DNA from: Octopus vulgaris
Taxonomy: Eukaryota
Reading direction: 5' to 3'
DNA: 64,000 nucleotides
NCBI GenBank assembly: GCA_951406725.2
Contig: OX597830.1
Span: 45,198,001 to 45,262,000 of the forward strand
The position numbers were made by a program, and so were the translations under genes. How positions within the stretch are numbered: position 1 is the first letter of the stretch; every line of letters begins with the position of its first letter. Below the pieces are notes generated by a model. That model saw nothing but the letters and a program-made list of their open reading frames with translations, was not told the origin of the DNA and made no database searches. Below, in pieces: positions 42,799 through 56,360 of the stretch.

Positions 42799-43340
42799 CA
42801 TATAATTTTCATCTGTCTTGCCCGCCTAATTGTTCTGGTGTCCGCTGAATTTTCCTCTAGAGAACATTCTTTGTAGTTTGATCGTAGGTGATCTATTTCT
42901 AGCATACGGCCAACTACCTAGTGGTCTTGCCCTTTGAATATACATATGTATTAGAATGTTCTCTGATTTTTCAGATTTTTGTATGCTAGGCTACTGGTTT
43001 TAAATTGATGTTAATTAAATTAATAATAATTTATCTCCCACATTATTTAAATATTAAAATAAATATCAGTAAAACTAAACACGTGTCTGTTTTGGTACAG
43101 AAAGGTGGTGTTAGTTTTACAAATTACATTATCTGTTGGAACGATCGTACTGACGAATCAACGGACAATTGGATTATATAAGTAATTCATTTGTTAATAG
43201 ACGAAACCGACGGTCTGTGAGTAATTTTTTTTTTTCATATAATTTTCATGTCTTGCCCGCCTAATTGTTCTGGTGTCCGCTGAATTTTCCTGTAGTTTGA
43301 TCGTAGGTGATCTATTTCTAGCATACGGCCGACTACCTAG
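42799..43340 (+). repeat. Direct repeat of about 105-120 bp (42799-42922 and 43237-43340)
   Basis: catataattttcat..gtcttgcccgcctaattgttctggtgtccgctgaattttcct..gtagtttgatcgtaggtgatctatttctagcatacggcc.actacctag occurs twice, each copy just downstream of a hammerhead motif. Confidence 0.9.
43146..43219 (+). ncRNA. Second type I hammerhead ribozyme motif
   Basis: cgta-CTGACGA-[long stem II including tggattat/gtaattca and gacaa/ttgtt]-GAAA-ccgacgg-TC^-tgtg. Near-palindromic stem III (accg-a-cggt); stem I is weak with G-U pairs. Predicted cleavage after 43215. Confidence 0.55.
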
Positions 43341-45667
43341 AACGAGTCTCTAAATACTTTACTACGCTGGGGAACCCGCTTTGCCGTGAAGAGGCTACAT
43401 CGACAATAAAGTCAATAGAGCTCGCAGGATGAGTCCTGGATCCACAGACTTTCGGTACTGTCGCCCCTCTCCTCTGTGGTCTCCCCACACCAAACAAAAC
43501 ATTTGGAGAATTAAGTCACCCCAGAGAAATTTCACTAAACAAATTGAGGGCATGACTGATCTTGTTTATTAGGACTGTATTAGAACATTGAACGTTATTC
43601 TCTCCAACGCTGCCGTGAGCGCTACATCATTTGCACAATGTCGAGAACATACCACCAGCATTGTCCACACAACCTTAACATTAGATTCAGAGTTCATCCA
43701 AGGCTAGAGTCACGTGCCATCGCCCCCTGCACAATTCAGGCTCACAACATTTAAATCTATTGCAGCACAATTTCTTTTCCTCAATAGGCCCTGCTCGATT
43801 TGGCATTATCCCAAAAACAAATCGCAAGGGATACCAGATTAGCCACCCATACCTGGATACATCTCAGCCAACAGCTTACTACTTGAACGAGTCATGTTAC
43901 CACAAAATTCAACTTTAAAATGACTTAACAGATCCTATTTGGTGATGCTATTAAGTTAGACATGGTCTGGGACAATCTTTGGCCGAAACACATCTATCTA
44001 TGTTATCGAACACATTGATTAGAGTTGCACGAGCAATGTGAAAGGCCAGCAAAGGATTGTGCTAAATGTGACAGTTGTAGAACTGAAGCTGTAAAGCTAT
44101 TTGATGGTGATGGTTTAATACACGTCTAAGAGTTTATCCAACAGCTTTATGTGGTATCCGCACGATATTTATAACAGACAATATAAACCACGTGGGTGAG
44201 AATTTTTGTTAAGGAGAAAATTAGTTCTGAGGTCTATCGTGATGTGCCTCACAGCAAAACAATATGAATGTTGGTTAGGGCTAATGAAAGCTTTTAAAAT
44301 ATGGATGTCTTGAGCTGCGTATACAATGAAGAAATATAAAAAAGACTTCCGAATTTGATTGTCTTTTTCAATAGAGTTTATATAGAAATACCAGATTTGT
44401 TCATTCCAATCTTAGCAGCAATTTAAGTCAATTAATGATGCTGGGAAAACAAAATCAAAGTAAAAATGCAAAAACAAAAGTTGTTTAGGGCCACAATTGT
44501 TGTCATTGAGAAGGGGTTGACACTGACGCTTGTGTTGAGTAACTAAGTTCAGCTCGTACGAAAATGTTTGTGGAGGATTAGGACTAAATCTGTTTTTATT
44601 GGAGCGAATTAGTAGTAACAACTTGCATTGTGCTATCTTGTTACAAAGTCACAACTTTTATTGGAATAAATTTTATTGGCGAGGAATACATACTGCAAAA
44701 TGCTTCAGTAACATACATGACTCGCATTTTAAATCTTCAGTTTTAAGAGGAAATATACTAGAAACTGAAGTTATTCAAGAAAGAGAACATAAACTTGAGA
44801 CTTGAGTAAACATTTTATTATTAATTGTGAATTCTATAACTAACAGGATACTTAATTCGTTGAAATGTGATTGGATTAATGCCATAGAAACAGAAATACT
44901 TGTAATCATGCTGCATAAAATGTGACAAGGAGGATGATACATTACGGCTATAAAGAAGAGGCATTGAACTTATTAACTCCAACTTTAAACGGGAGAGGTT
45001 ATTAACCTTCAGCAAAAAAGTTTCCCTTTGAATTGATTGTTATTATCATAGTTTGTGATGAGTATTCATGAAAAACAAAAATCAAAAAAGCACCACTTCC
45101 ATTAAGGCCGGCAGAGGTAGTATGATTGAAGAGATATCGATTTTGCTAATCACTAACTTGAATCTTATTAGCATTTTGCGCTTGGAAACACATCAAAGTA
45201 CAGGTTGGCTAAAATTAATTCTGATTTAGCTATTTTCTCTGTTATGATTTCTCTAAATTAATCCAGCTCTTCTTGCCATAAAAATAACACCCTCAATCTC
45301 ATCAACAGCATTTTGTAGTTGAAACATGCCAATCTAGACAAGTTCCAATAAAAGGCAATTTGGGGTCATAAAACTTTTACACTGATGGATCGGATCTCAC
45401 AGAAGCTAATTATTTCCAGTTTGCGTATAATTCGATCATGTTCAGCGCACTTAACATAAAATTCCAAAACTGTTGTTATTACTGAAGTAAATCATCTTAA
45501 ATCTGCTGCGTCTCGAATCTACTTGACCATTAAATACCACAGGAAACATTGACATAACTATACCTATACACATATGTGTGTATATATACTTGTATATATA
45601 TGTATGTGTAATAACATGCATATATACACTTATATACATATAAGTGGTATACATACACACGCATACA

Positions 45668-45740
<73 letters not shown>

Positions 45741-46794
45741 TAGAGTCTCTCTGAAGAAATCCTAATCTACTTTGTACAATAACCATCACTCTAAATCAAG
45801 ATGGAAAGTGTCAAACTATTTATATAAAATAGAAAACATTCGTGATAGAGTAGATATAACTGAATTCTAATTCATATAACATTTAACAACTCATGTAAGA
45901 TCATTTTGAATCTGTAAAAATTCTTACCTGAGGTTGAAAAAAACCCAAAAAACAGTAAATTTCCTACAAGAAAAGATTTTTAAATGTTCTCTTTTTCGTG
46001 TATATTCTCCGGAACTTAATTAATACTATGATATTCTTTGGTCGACCCACCGAGTTTGTTCAACCGTTATTTCCTGTCATATCTTTCTTTCTATCTATCC
46101 ATCTATCTATCTATCTATTTTACATGTGTCAGTCATTAGACTGCGGCCATGCTGGTTCACCGAGTTGACGTATTTTAGTCGAATGAATCGTCCCCCCCAC
46201 CCACATTTTAAAGCTGGTACTCATTCTATTGATCTCTTTTACCGAACCGCTAAATTACTGGGATGTAACATTGCAACACCGGTTGTCAAACAAAGACACA
46301 TACATACATACATACATTACATGTATGTATATGTGTGTATGTGTGTGTGTGTATGCGGGTGTGTGTGTGTGTAATTTAAAAATAGGATAAAATCTTTATA
46401 AGAATTTATCAAGTAGTTAGCATGAAAAACCCCATAAGGGAAAAATTTATTTATTATTCCCTTTAAATATATTTATTTATATTAAGGGCATTACTATACA
46501 TAAATGCCCTCACGCTAGGAGGGACACTTAAAGTAAAAACTACTGTAATAAATTCAAACTACCATAATAAACATCCCGTCACTTACATAGATATATAAGT
46601 GTCAACAATTCTATGTACTATGCTGTATACACTTTGGTGTTCGCCTGGCATGTTGATATATTTTTGTTCATTTTTATGTGTCTTGCTTATGCTTGCACGG
46701 ACCATTAAAAAGTGCATTTTATGCACTAATTATGAAATCATATGATTTGCAGCTGAATCTGTTTTTAAAAGGCTCACTTCAAGAGTTGCATTCG

Positions 46795-47450
46795 CACGCG
46801 TATCTGAGCGTATGACAGCATATTGCGGTATGTGTATTTCTGCACCCCCTATATCGGGTCCAAGATGCGTTTCTATGAGTGCCATGCATATAGCTTGATT
46901 GCATGCCACAAGGTCTCTCAGGAATGATATTTTCCTTTTGCAGTTGCCGCGCAGCAGCCCTCCTACGTTCAGTAGAAATATTTTTGTGGTGTATGTGTTG
47001 GTGTCTGTGGTAGCCTTCCTGCATCTGTTGGTGGTAGTTCCAGCTTTGTGTTTGTAGCCATGTCAGCTGCTGGACAATTTTTTGTGCCATGCACAAAAAA
47101 GGTTGCTGTTCAGCTGCTGCCCTTCTCACATCTGGGTGAAGCTGGCCATTTGTTGGGCTATGCAGTATCTTTTGTGGACCGCGCACTACATCCGCATATC
47201 GTCTTTCAGGAGTGGTCAGTGCGCCGTTTTTCCTTCTTTTATATTTTTCTTTTTCTTCCCCCAGAGGAAGGGATTTTTGTCTTGTGTCCATGCGGTTTTG
47301 GCAGGGCTTCTGATGTGCAAAACGACAGTTTGCACCATCGACGCCATGCCAGCAGTCTCCCTTCTGGTAGAATTTGCGGATGTTTCTGCTTTTGCCCTTG
47401 TAGCTCTTGCTGGGGTTCTTCTCTTTCAACATGTGATCTCTTGAGCACCA
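46795..47450 (-). mobile_element. 5' fragment of a LINE (ORF1 with a CCCH-like finger plus the start of the APE endonuclease)
   Basis: RKFYQKGDCWHGVDGANCRFAHQKPC in ORF 46779-47432. A shifted frame at 46890-46797 reads CMALIETHLGPDIGGAEIHIPQYAVIRSD, the APE N-terminal xETxL...I.xY...RxD motif. Confidence 0.7.
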
Positions 47451-47639
47451 CCAGCAAAAATATATTTTTCCTCTGTCTTCCCTTCTCGGGATCTTTCCTT
47501 CTCCTTGTTTCCGACGAAGAGCTCCGCTCGAAATGTTAAACCCTCCTTCCCTTCTTTCCTGAGCGTCAAATAATACTTTAATTGTTCCACGTCCTCGCGT
47601 TGCTGTGTTTTTTTCTGTGTTTTCTTGTTTGGATTAACT

Positions 47640-47840
47640 TTATATATATACATATATATACACATATATATATATACATATATATATACATATATATATA
47701 TACATATATATATACATATATATATATACATATATATATACATATATATATATATATACACATATATACACATATATATACATATATATATACACATATA
47801 TATATACACATATATATATACACATATATATACATATATA

Positions 47841-47904
<64 letters not shown>

Positions 47905-47932
47905 CATACATATATATATACATATATATACA

Positions 47933-47966
<34 letters not shown>

Positions 47967-48136
47967 CATATATATACATACATATACATATACATATTCA
48001 TAAATATATATATACATATATATATACATATATATATACATACATATATATATATATACATACATATATATACATATATAGATAGATATATTTATATACA
48101 TACATATATTTATATACATACATACATATAAATATA

Positions 48137-48177
<41 letters not shown>

Positions 48178-48180
48178 ATT
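47640..48180. repeat. (TA)n/(TACA)n microsatellite
   Basis: Seen directly. Confidence 0.95.
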
Positions 48181-48517
48181 AATAAATAAAATAAAACATA
48201 TGCATATATATAAAGATATATGTACGTACCTACCTCTACATGTACATATACACGCATATATGCGTACAAGACACCAAAAAGGACGTCGAACACAATGAGA
48301 AACGAAAACATAGACACAAACGAAAGGAACTGGACATTTATTTAAAAACAGCAAAAAATATATATATATATATATATATGCACGTATGTGTGTGTGTGTA
48401 CGTGAGAGAGAGAGAGAGAAAAGAAAATGTGTGTGTGCGCGCGCGCGCCTTCTGTAAAACTAAGAAATGATTGATGAGTATGGATTCGACAAAAGAGTAA
48501 ATAATTATGCGACGAAC

Positions 48518-48656
48518 CTTTGGATGACGTCATAGAGCTGACAAAACCATTTTCCTTGTTTGCGGATGTGGCTTTGGGGAGGCTGCAGGTAGGTGACGGT
48601 GACATAAACGGAAGAGTTGCTGTAGACGACGACCTCTTTTATTATGGAAACAAATC
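48518..48656 (-). CDS. Tandem VirK-like domain protein, internal exon (phase 1 in, phase 2 out)
   Basis: Acceptor tttttttttgtttcttccggaacAG, donor AG|GTTCGT, 139 nt. Translates (G)FVSIIKEVVVYSNSSVYVTVTYLQPPQSHIRKQGKWFCQLYDVIQ(R). Phases match both neighbouring exons. Not listed in the ORF track in this frame. Confidence 0.85.
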
Positions 48657-49906
48657 CTGTTCCGGAAGAAACAAAAAAAAACGTTCAGTTCATTTAAAAA
48701 CCCCAAAAAATAAAAACATCAAAGCAAACGAGTTGTATATTTGTTCGTATAAACGGGGGTGTGCGCGTGTGTGCGTGGGTGCGTGTGTGTGTATGCGTGT
48801 GTGTATGCGTGTATGTGTGCGCGTGTGTGTGTATATGCGTGTGTGCGTGTGTGTGTGTGTGTGTGTGTGCATGTGTGTGCGCGTGTGTATGTATGCATGT
48901 GTGTGCGTGTATGTGTGCGTGTGTGTGTGTGTGTGTGTATGTGTGTGTGTGCATGTGTGTGTGTGCTTATTGTTGCTGCTGTTACCGATTAGCCGCATGT
49001 CCTTCTTTTACGTTTAGACCAATGGTCAAAACCATTCCTACCGCTGGTAATCCGTCTTTTCCAGGAAACTGAAATCACATCATCAAACATCTTTTATTAG
49101 ACTGTAAGGTGTTATGTGAAGAAGATTTGGGTTTTATTTCTTACTAGGTAGACGTGTTCGTATTGGTGTGCGTGTGTTTGTGTGTGCGTGTTGTATTTTC
49201 AAGTAAAATTTCATTAAAAAAAAAGAAAAACGTATTTAGATGTATATAATCCATAGAGAAATATAACAAGGTTTATCCAGATTGTGGATTAAGCAAACGT
49301 TATGACTTCAATCAAATGTGAAGCAATAGATATGATCCTATACCAATCAGCTCAGAAAGAAATTGTGACAAAGGCAAAAACTACTGGTCGTCTTAAATTT
49401 TAAACTTCGTCTGCTAGAGACACGAACGGGAAATGTAAATTTGAATTCCCCTTCTATGGTTATGGAACAATCCAAAATATGTGTAATCTGATGGGTTTTT
49501 TCCATTATAGGATTCCGTTTCTTTTGATTGAGTAAGAATACAACAATTGTATAAATTAAGGTTGAAAGTCTTAATGCAGATAAGTAAAAAGATGGTAAGG
49601 TAATAATTGTGGAATCGCGTTGTTTAGTGGTTAGGGTGTTGCAATTATTTTTGTAAGATTGTGGTTTCCATTCCAGGACCGATGATGCGTTATGTTCTTG
49701 AGCAAGACACATCATTTTACATTGCTCCAGTCCACTCATCTAGCGAAAATTAGTCGTCTTGCGACGAATCGATATCTCGTCCAGGTAGGGGAATATTTAC
49801 GTCACGGAATCTGGATACCAGCTTTATAATGGTTCAAGAAGGAGCGTGGACATATTTTTGATAAAGTAAAAAGTAATAAGAATGAAAGATTTGATGGAGA
49901 TAAGTA

Positions 49907-49957
<51 letters not shown>

Positions 49958-51201
49958 TAGTGACTGTTTCTAACATAGGCTAAGGGCCAGCAATTTGAGA
50001 GAGAATTTAATCAAAATATATTGATCCCACTAATTGAGTGGTAGTTTATTTTGTTAACCTCAGAAGGCCGAAAGACAACACTAATTTCTGTAGGATTTGA
50101 ACTAAGAACGTAAAAATTTGAAAGCAATACCACGAAATATTTTGTTTGATGTTTGATACAAGGCCAGAAACTTTGATGGTCATAACTTAGTTGTATTGAC
50201 CTTAAAGCCAAACTTAAAATTACAGTTGAGGCTAAAAAAAGGCGTACGTTTACATTTTATGCGTGGGGTGGGAGTATATCAATTCGATCTACCACCTCAA
50301 TGTTCTAATATAATCAATTTTTCTTCTTTTCTTCGTTATTCTTGTTAGAGTGCCTACTTCTCCATTCTACGGCGGTTGTCGTTATTATTTACAATTATGT
50401 ACTAATCTTTACAATTATGTACTAATAGCATAGACCAAATAGACTGGTAACTTTCTTTTTGTTCTTGCTCTATTATATAACAAATGTTGATCTGAATAAG
50501 CCTTTGTTAACCTGTCTGCTAAGAATATATTACTTCTAAAGGATATTTTATCAAACAATGTTCACTTTATATTTATATTTGCATTCAGAAGTTTTCTTTT
50601 GTATGGGATATAACTACGTAAAATAGAACAGAGAGTCAGTTCTAGTTATTGCAATAAACTTGAGAATAAATGATATTGAAAGAATGGAGAGTGTCGGCTA
50701 TGTCTAATGTTGCGTGTAAGCGCAAACTAGACGGAATATCTATAAAATAATTTTGTTTTCAAAATATGTCAGTACTTTAACAATAACTTCAAAATCAAAG
50801 TAAACGTAAATACGTTCCCTGAACATTGAACTAACAGTAATGGCTTTGATTCCAGTTGGGTTTAATGATACCGACAACAAACTTGTTTCCACCCTCCGTT
50901 GATATTCTTCACAGTGTTCTTGTGTGTTGCTGATAATCATTTAGCGTGTATCATATTACAGTCTTTACCACCTTTAACAAAAATTCATTCATTATAAACT
51001 GTTTCTAATGTAAAATGTATTTTACTTTAATATTTTCACTTCATCAGAAATTATTAGAATAACAAAGAGGAGGAAGTTAGTGAAACTAAGTGTTTCTCTG
51101 AGTGGATTTGTCAGAAACGGTTTTGTTAGAGAGGACGTAGAAGTAGAAATATAGTGATTATTTTATTTATTTATTTAAATATATGTGTAGATAGATAGAT
51201 A

Positions 51202-52802
51202 TGCTTCTTTATTAGCCACACAGGGCTGCACACAGACGGGACAAATTACAAGGTGAGCTTTTCTTTTGGGGATAAAAAAAGGGGTGGGTGGTTTTCGATC
51301 AAAAGGGATCGTAAAAGGAAAGAAAGAGGAAAGCAAAAAAAAAGGTGGGGGGATAAAATAAAAAGAAAAAGAAAAATCGATCAATAGGGATCGTTATCAC
51401 AGAAATGTCAATATAAAGTGTAAAGGGGAAGACAGGTGAGGTTTACCCGTGGAAAGAAAAGCCTACGGAAAAGACCACGGTAACCTCGGTCAAAGGAGTC
51501 ACATGCTACATTTTTTTTTTACAAATAAGCAATTCTCTGTATTAAATTTTTACCGTTCATAGGATCATACTCAAGGTGGCTTCGTCATTCATACGTGCCA
51601 TCCTTGCTACATTCACCCATCTTTTTTTAAAACATTCACTAGACAAAACTTGCCTCTCTACTCTCACTTTCCTTTTCAAGTGATACTTGAAGAAGTTGAT
51701 GAAAGATTTACCAGAGAGGAAAGTGTTTGTCTCTAATCCTTTCAGGCGTGTCCACCAGATGCATTCTTTCGCCATAGCCACAAGTTTGAGGAAGGAGGCG
51801 TGACGATATTAACGATAGACTCGGCTGATAAACCGGTACGTCCCACACGTGACAGCAGTCGTTCGACATAAGTCCACAGGTCGGAGATAGTTGGACACTG
51901 CACAATTGCGTGCAGAACGGTTTCGTCGGCCCCGTGTTTCTCGAGCCATGCCTATAGAGCTTATCCCGAACGGGTAGCGCTTCTCGGTAGCACTGCCAGG
52001 CCAGGGATCTCTGGAAGTTGCCCATAGGTCCTGGCCCGAAAGTCGTCCTGAACAGGCGGGTCAGGTATTCCTCGTCGACGCCCAGGTTCGCCCCAAGATC
52101 GTCGTCGTACCTCCCCTCCACTAATCCCCTATAGAATGCTTTGGTTGCGTTGAAATCACTCACGGTCGACCCGGGACGGCATAGTTGCTTGAGAGCAACG
52201 CGACACTCGCGGTGCCATTCGCCCTTCCTCGGAATCTTTTTGATCCACGACTGTAGTTCGGTCATGGAGACGAGCTGCGGGAAGGCGTGCCTCACAAACG
52301 ACGACCAAACCTGTTCACCGTCGTCTACATAGAGCTAGAGATGTCGCAGTCTCAGCGCGTGTCTGCGCATCATCAACCACAGCATGCCCAGCCCTCCTTT
52401 TAACGGGTGTTGACAGCAAATGGATCGCCTGGCCATCGGGATGCATCCTTTCCACAAGAAGCGGAAGAGAATGCGTTCTAGTTTGGTGATGGTAGGGTCG
52501 GGACAAGGTACGACGGTCAGGCGGTAGTAGATGATGGACGCGATGTACGTGTTCGCCACCTCCGCCCGACCTTTTAGGGACAGTTTCCTCTCAGCCCATT
52601 GCTGGGCGAGAGTGACCACCCTACTCGTTATTTCGTTCCAGTTCTTCTCCATTTGGAGGTCCGGGCCGAACCAGACCCCGAGCAACTCGACCGGGCCGTC
52701 CGTCCAGCGTCCCACGACGGAGGCACTGGTGGACGGCATAGGCTTGCTTCTCCAGGTGTCGAACCGCAAGCCCACTGACTTTTCCCGGTTGATTTTCGCT
52801 TC
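51202..52802 (-). mobile_element. 5'-truncated L1/Tx1-clade LINE (RT end, thumb, zinc-knuckle region, 3' UTR)
   Basis: AKINREKS...VELLGVWFG...[22 protein letters not shown]...FRFLWKG...LKGGLG and RSLAWQCYREALPVRDKL. GC-rich relative to flanks; AATAAA near the 3' end; flanked by tgtagatagatagata at 51186-51201 and 52803-52818. Confidence 0.9.
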
Positions 52803-52804
52803 TG

Positions 52805-52886
<82 letters not shown>

Positions 52887-52906
52887 ATCGATAGATAGAG
52901 AGAGAG

Positions 52907-52985
<79 letters not shown>
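52803..52985. repeat. (AGAT)n/(AG)n microsatellite
   Basis: Seen directly. Confidence 0.95.
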
Positions 52986-53291
52986 CAACGGCGGATAATA
53001 TGGAGAAGTATTCACAAAGCTGCCAATAATCTTTATTTTGTGAACAAATCCAAGGCTGGACTCAGCTTTTATCCAGAGCATAAAAGGAGCATAAAAAGAA
53101 TGTCAGTGCAAAGGTAAGTCTGCTATACATTTTTGTCACAAACTTAATGACGTTCCCCCTTCAACATTAGTCAGTAGTTTCTATCCCTAGCTCTCTTCCC
53201 CCTCCTCCTTTTCATACTTGTCTTCTTCTCCTTCTCCTTCTTCTTATTCTTCTTCCCATTACTATATATTTCCTCTTGTTATTTGTATTTA

Positions 53292-53820
53292 GGGCGGCGA
53301 ACTGGCAGAGTCGTTAGCACGCTGGGCAAAATAGTGGCATTTCGTTCGTCTTCACGTTCCAATTCCACCGAGGTCGACTTTGCCTTTCATCCTTTTGGGG
53401 TCGATAAAATAAGTACCAGCTACGCACTGATCGATATAATCGACTTAATCCGTTTGTCTGTCCTTGTTCAAATTCTGGCGAGGTCGACTTTGCCTTTCAT
53501 CCTTTCGAGATAAAATAAGTACATGTTGAACACTGGGATCGATTTAATCAACTTAGCCACCGTCCACCAATCTGACGGTTTTGTACCAAAATGTAAACCA
53601 ATCTCTTTGTGTATTTCTTAAGGCGGTGAGCTAGCAGATTCGTAAGAACACCGGGGAAAATACTTTGCGGCATTTCGTCCGTCTTTATGTTCTGGGTTCC
53701 AATGCCACCAGAGTTGACTTTGCCTTTCATCCTTTCGGGATCAATAAAATAAGTATGAATCGAGCATTGGGGTTGATGTAATCGACTGACCCCCAAGTCC
53801 CTTGGGCCAAAATTTGAAAT
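53292..53820 (+). mobile_element. Cluster of family C SINE copies
   Basis: ggcggcgaactggcagagtcgttagcacg and ggcggtgagctagcagattcgtaag heads; gactttgcctttcatcctt occurs three times. Confidence 0.8.
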
Positions 53821-55059
53821 TGATATGTATGTATTTATTCATTTATGAAGATTCGTAAATTAAAAAATAAATCTAGGATGTCTTCCACAGATCAGTTGCC
53901 ACCCCACATCTCTATAATCCTTAACGTTGTTTCCAGTCTGTCTAAGTATATTCTGAAGAAGTGCCATAGCAACATTTCGTTAGATTGCTTTAGATTAACA
54001 TTAACTGTGCATGGCTATCTCGTATATTATAACATTCTTTTGGAAGAATACCATGGAATAGTCTTTGTTGCCTTCTCCTGGTACGCATGCTTAGCTATCA
54101 CTATGCTTTCTTTCTCTCTTTTTCTGTTCTAGAGATGCCATATCATATTAACTTCTGTCTGTTTGTCAGTGGATATACTATCTTCTTAAGACAAGCAGCT
54201 TAGATAATAAAATAGAGGATTGTTTTAGTTATCCGTACACACAGATAGCGCCCGTAACGACATACAAAATATCAAATCAAAATGCTAGCGAATTGCCATC
54301 GGCAATTTGCAAATCATTCAAAAAATGTTAAATGAAATGGTGATTAGTTACGGTTATAATGTCATAGAAATTGTTTTAGTTTTCTTCGTGACTTATGGAT
54401 GCTTAAAAAACAAAATAGTTGAAATTACCTGATACAACTAAAAGTATTATTTACGCATCAAACAATCTTCACATATGGAGCAAAAATGATATAAATAAGA
54501 AGAAGCAAAGAAAACAAACGGTTGCTCAGGAAAAATACGCTGTTCTACAGTAAGAACTGAGGAGGACAGAAAACTAGAGAGAGAGAAGAAGAAACATGTC
54601 TCGAATAGACAGCCATCACCTGCTGAAATTATTGGAAGTAGGAACGTGGTGTAGTAATGTTGAAGATGGCGGAAGGCGAAGAGATTTGAGATCAGGCATT
54701 TTGGTAGGGCAAGGTGAGGTGAAAAATAAGACAGAAAGTAGAGAAGAGAAGGAATCGTAGAATGGTAGTAGATTGTTGTGATACAAATCAACAACAGAGC
54801 ATAGGTAAGATGCAGGAAGGCAATGATCTAAGCAGAATATTCCAGATCATTGAGAGGCTGAGATAGTCTAAGAAATGAGGTGGCCCGAGAGAGAAAGGAG
54901 TTCAGTCTAGACAGAATCCAACTGGGGTGACCACGTGAGCGTATATTATATATGGTGCAAAACTTACCAAAATATCATGAAGACGAGGAGAGAAAAAGTG
55001 GAGAGAGGAAAGACCAAACATGTTTCAATGACCCGTCGTTGCCGGATCATAGTGCTAGT

Positions 55060-56191
55060 GCATGTATATATGTGTATATATATATGTGTACATATTACAT
55101 GTACATCTATATATATACATCTACACATAAAATACAAAGTTATATCTAGATATCGCTAGTGATAACAATACTCAAAATATATAACAGACTGGAATTGTAG
55201 GCCCGTCTCTTGCAATTTCGATCAATTGTATCTTGCCCTCCCTCTTGTATAGAAGTGTGGCTACAATCCAGCCCACCTCTACTTCTGGGGGGACATTTTA
55301 AATTTGTATCTGGGACGTAGGACGTCCCAGATATAAAGGTAAAAATAAGATATTTCCACTTTGCAAGGTTCGAGTCGAGTACTCCCTTGCACGCTCCGTT
55401 GACTCGAACCTTGCTTCTATTGTGGCGAGTTTACCGCCTCTGGTTAGATACTTGATATCTTTCATAGTCGCACCAAGACACTTTTCAATGGTGCTTTCCT
55501 CCAGGTGTTCAAATCTTTTTTTTTTCTCTACATTGTATACTTTTTTAAATTTAATTTTTTTATTTCGTTTGGTGGTGTTATCCTAGATTCACCGTCTTTG
55601 TCGGTGATCAATTCGTATTTCTTCCATGTTAATTTCAATGAGTTCGCGCCCACCGACGGCTGCAGCGAAATTCATTTTTGGACTTTCTTCTATCGAAGGT
55701 ATTCTAACAAAAATGCTTCCGTGTAAACGGTGAAAATATTGTCAATTTCCCCAGACAGGGACACAATTCAATTTTTAAACAATAACCAAAGCTCCTTCTC
55801 CCAAAGGGGGAGGGTTACAGTTTACAACTATTTAACAAATGCAACACAACAATGTTTCCTTTACGAGGAACCAACAAACATAACAATAGTTAAACAGTAA
55901 TAATAATAACAACAAACCTTACGATGAATCAGAAAGCAGTAAGCAGTTGAAGCTTTAGTCCTTTATGTATAAGAAATAAACCAACAGCAGTACTCTGTAG
56001 TAGCGGCTGTTCGAGAAAACAGATATTACATACAGCCTAACTTCATATAGATACTTAATGCTAGCTAATTAGCAGATAATCTAATGTAAAAGCACAGACT
56101 ATTCCATTTCTGCACGCTAATTTTATTTTTAATTTAATCCCATTCATGTGAAACCACTCATTCAAGTTCAAGTCATTGATGCAATTTTATA
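55060..56191 (-). mobile_element. Repeat carrying a degenerate LINE ORF1-like segment (possibly Tx1-type)
   Basis: Minus strand ESTIEKCLGATMKDIKYLTRGGKLATIEARFESTERAREYSTRTLQSGNILFLPLYLGRPTSQIQI*NVPPEVEVGWIVATL resembles RRM-like retroelement ORF1. A second copy lies at 13755-14280. Confidence 0.5.
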
Positions 56192-56360
56192 CCAATTTTA
56201 CTTTTGTTTTGTTACGATTATATTATACTTTAGTTTGATTTTCATTATTACTTACTACATATAATTCAATTGTTATTATTATATTTATTGTTAAAGTGAA
56301 AGTATCTGACATAAAATAGAGAAATGTTTTTTGTTTCACTTTTAACACGTAATACTGAAA

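Noticed and set aside
42799-43340. Direct repeats as a CRISPR-like array
   Set aside because: Only two long copies, in a eukaryotic context with no cas genes; better explained as PLE pseudo-LTR repeats.
45371-45410. FYTDGS RNase H-like motif
   Set aside because: A stop codon lies immediately upstream and no other RNase H or RT motifs were found nearby.
48342-49017. ORFs 48342-48605 (-) and 48520-49017 (+)
   Set aside because: They are the wrong frame or strand of the 48656-48518 exon, extended by microsatellite.
50740-50940. Minus-strand ORF inside the VirK-like gene as a possible extra exon
   Set aside because: The flanking exons already join in phase and align with the second repeat without it, and it shows no repeat similarity.
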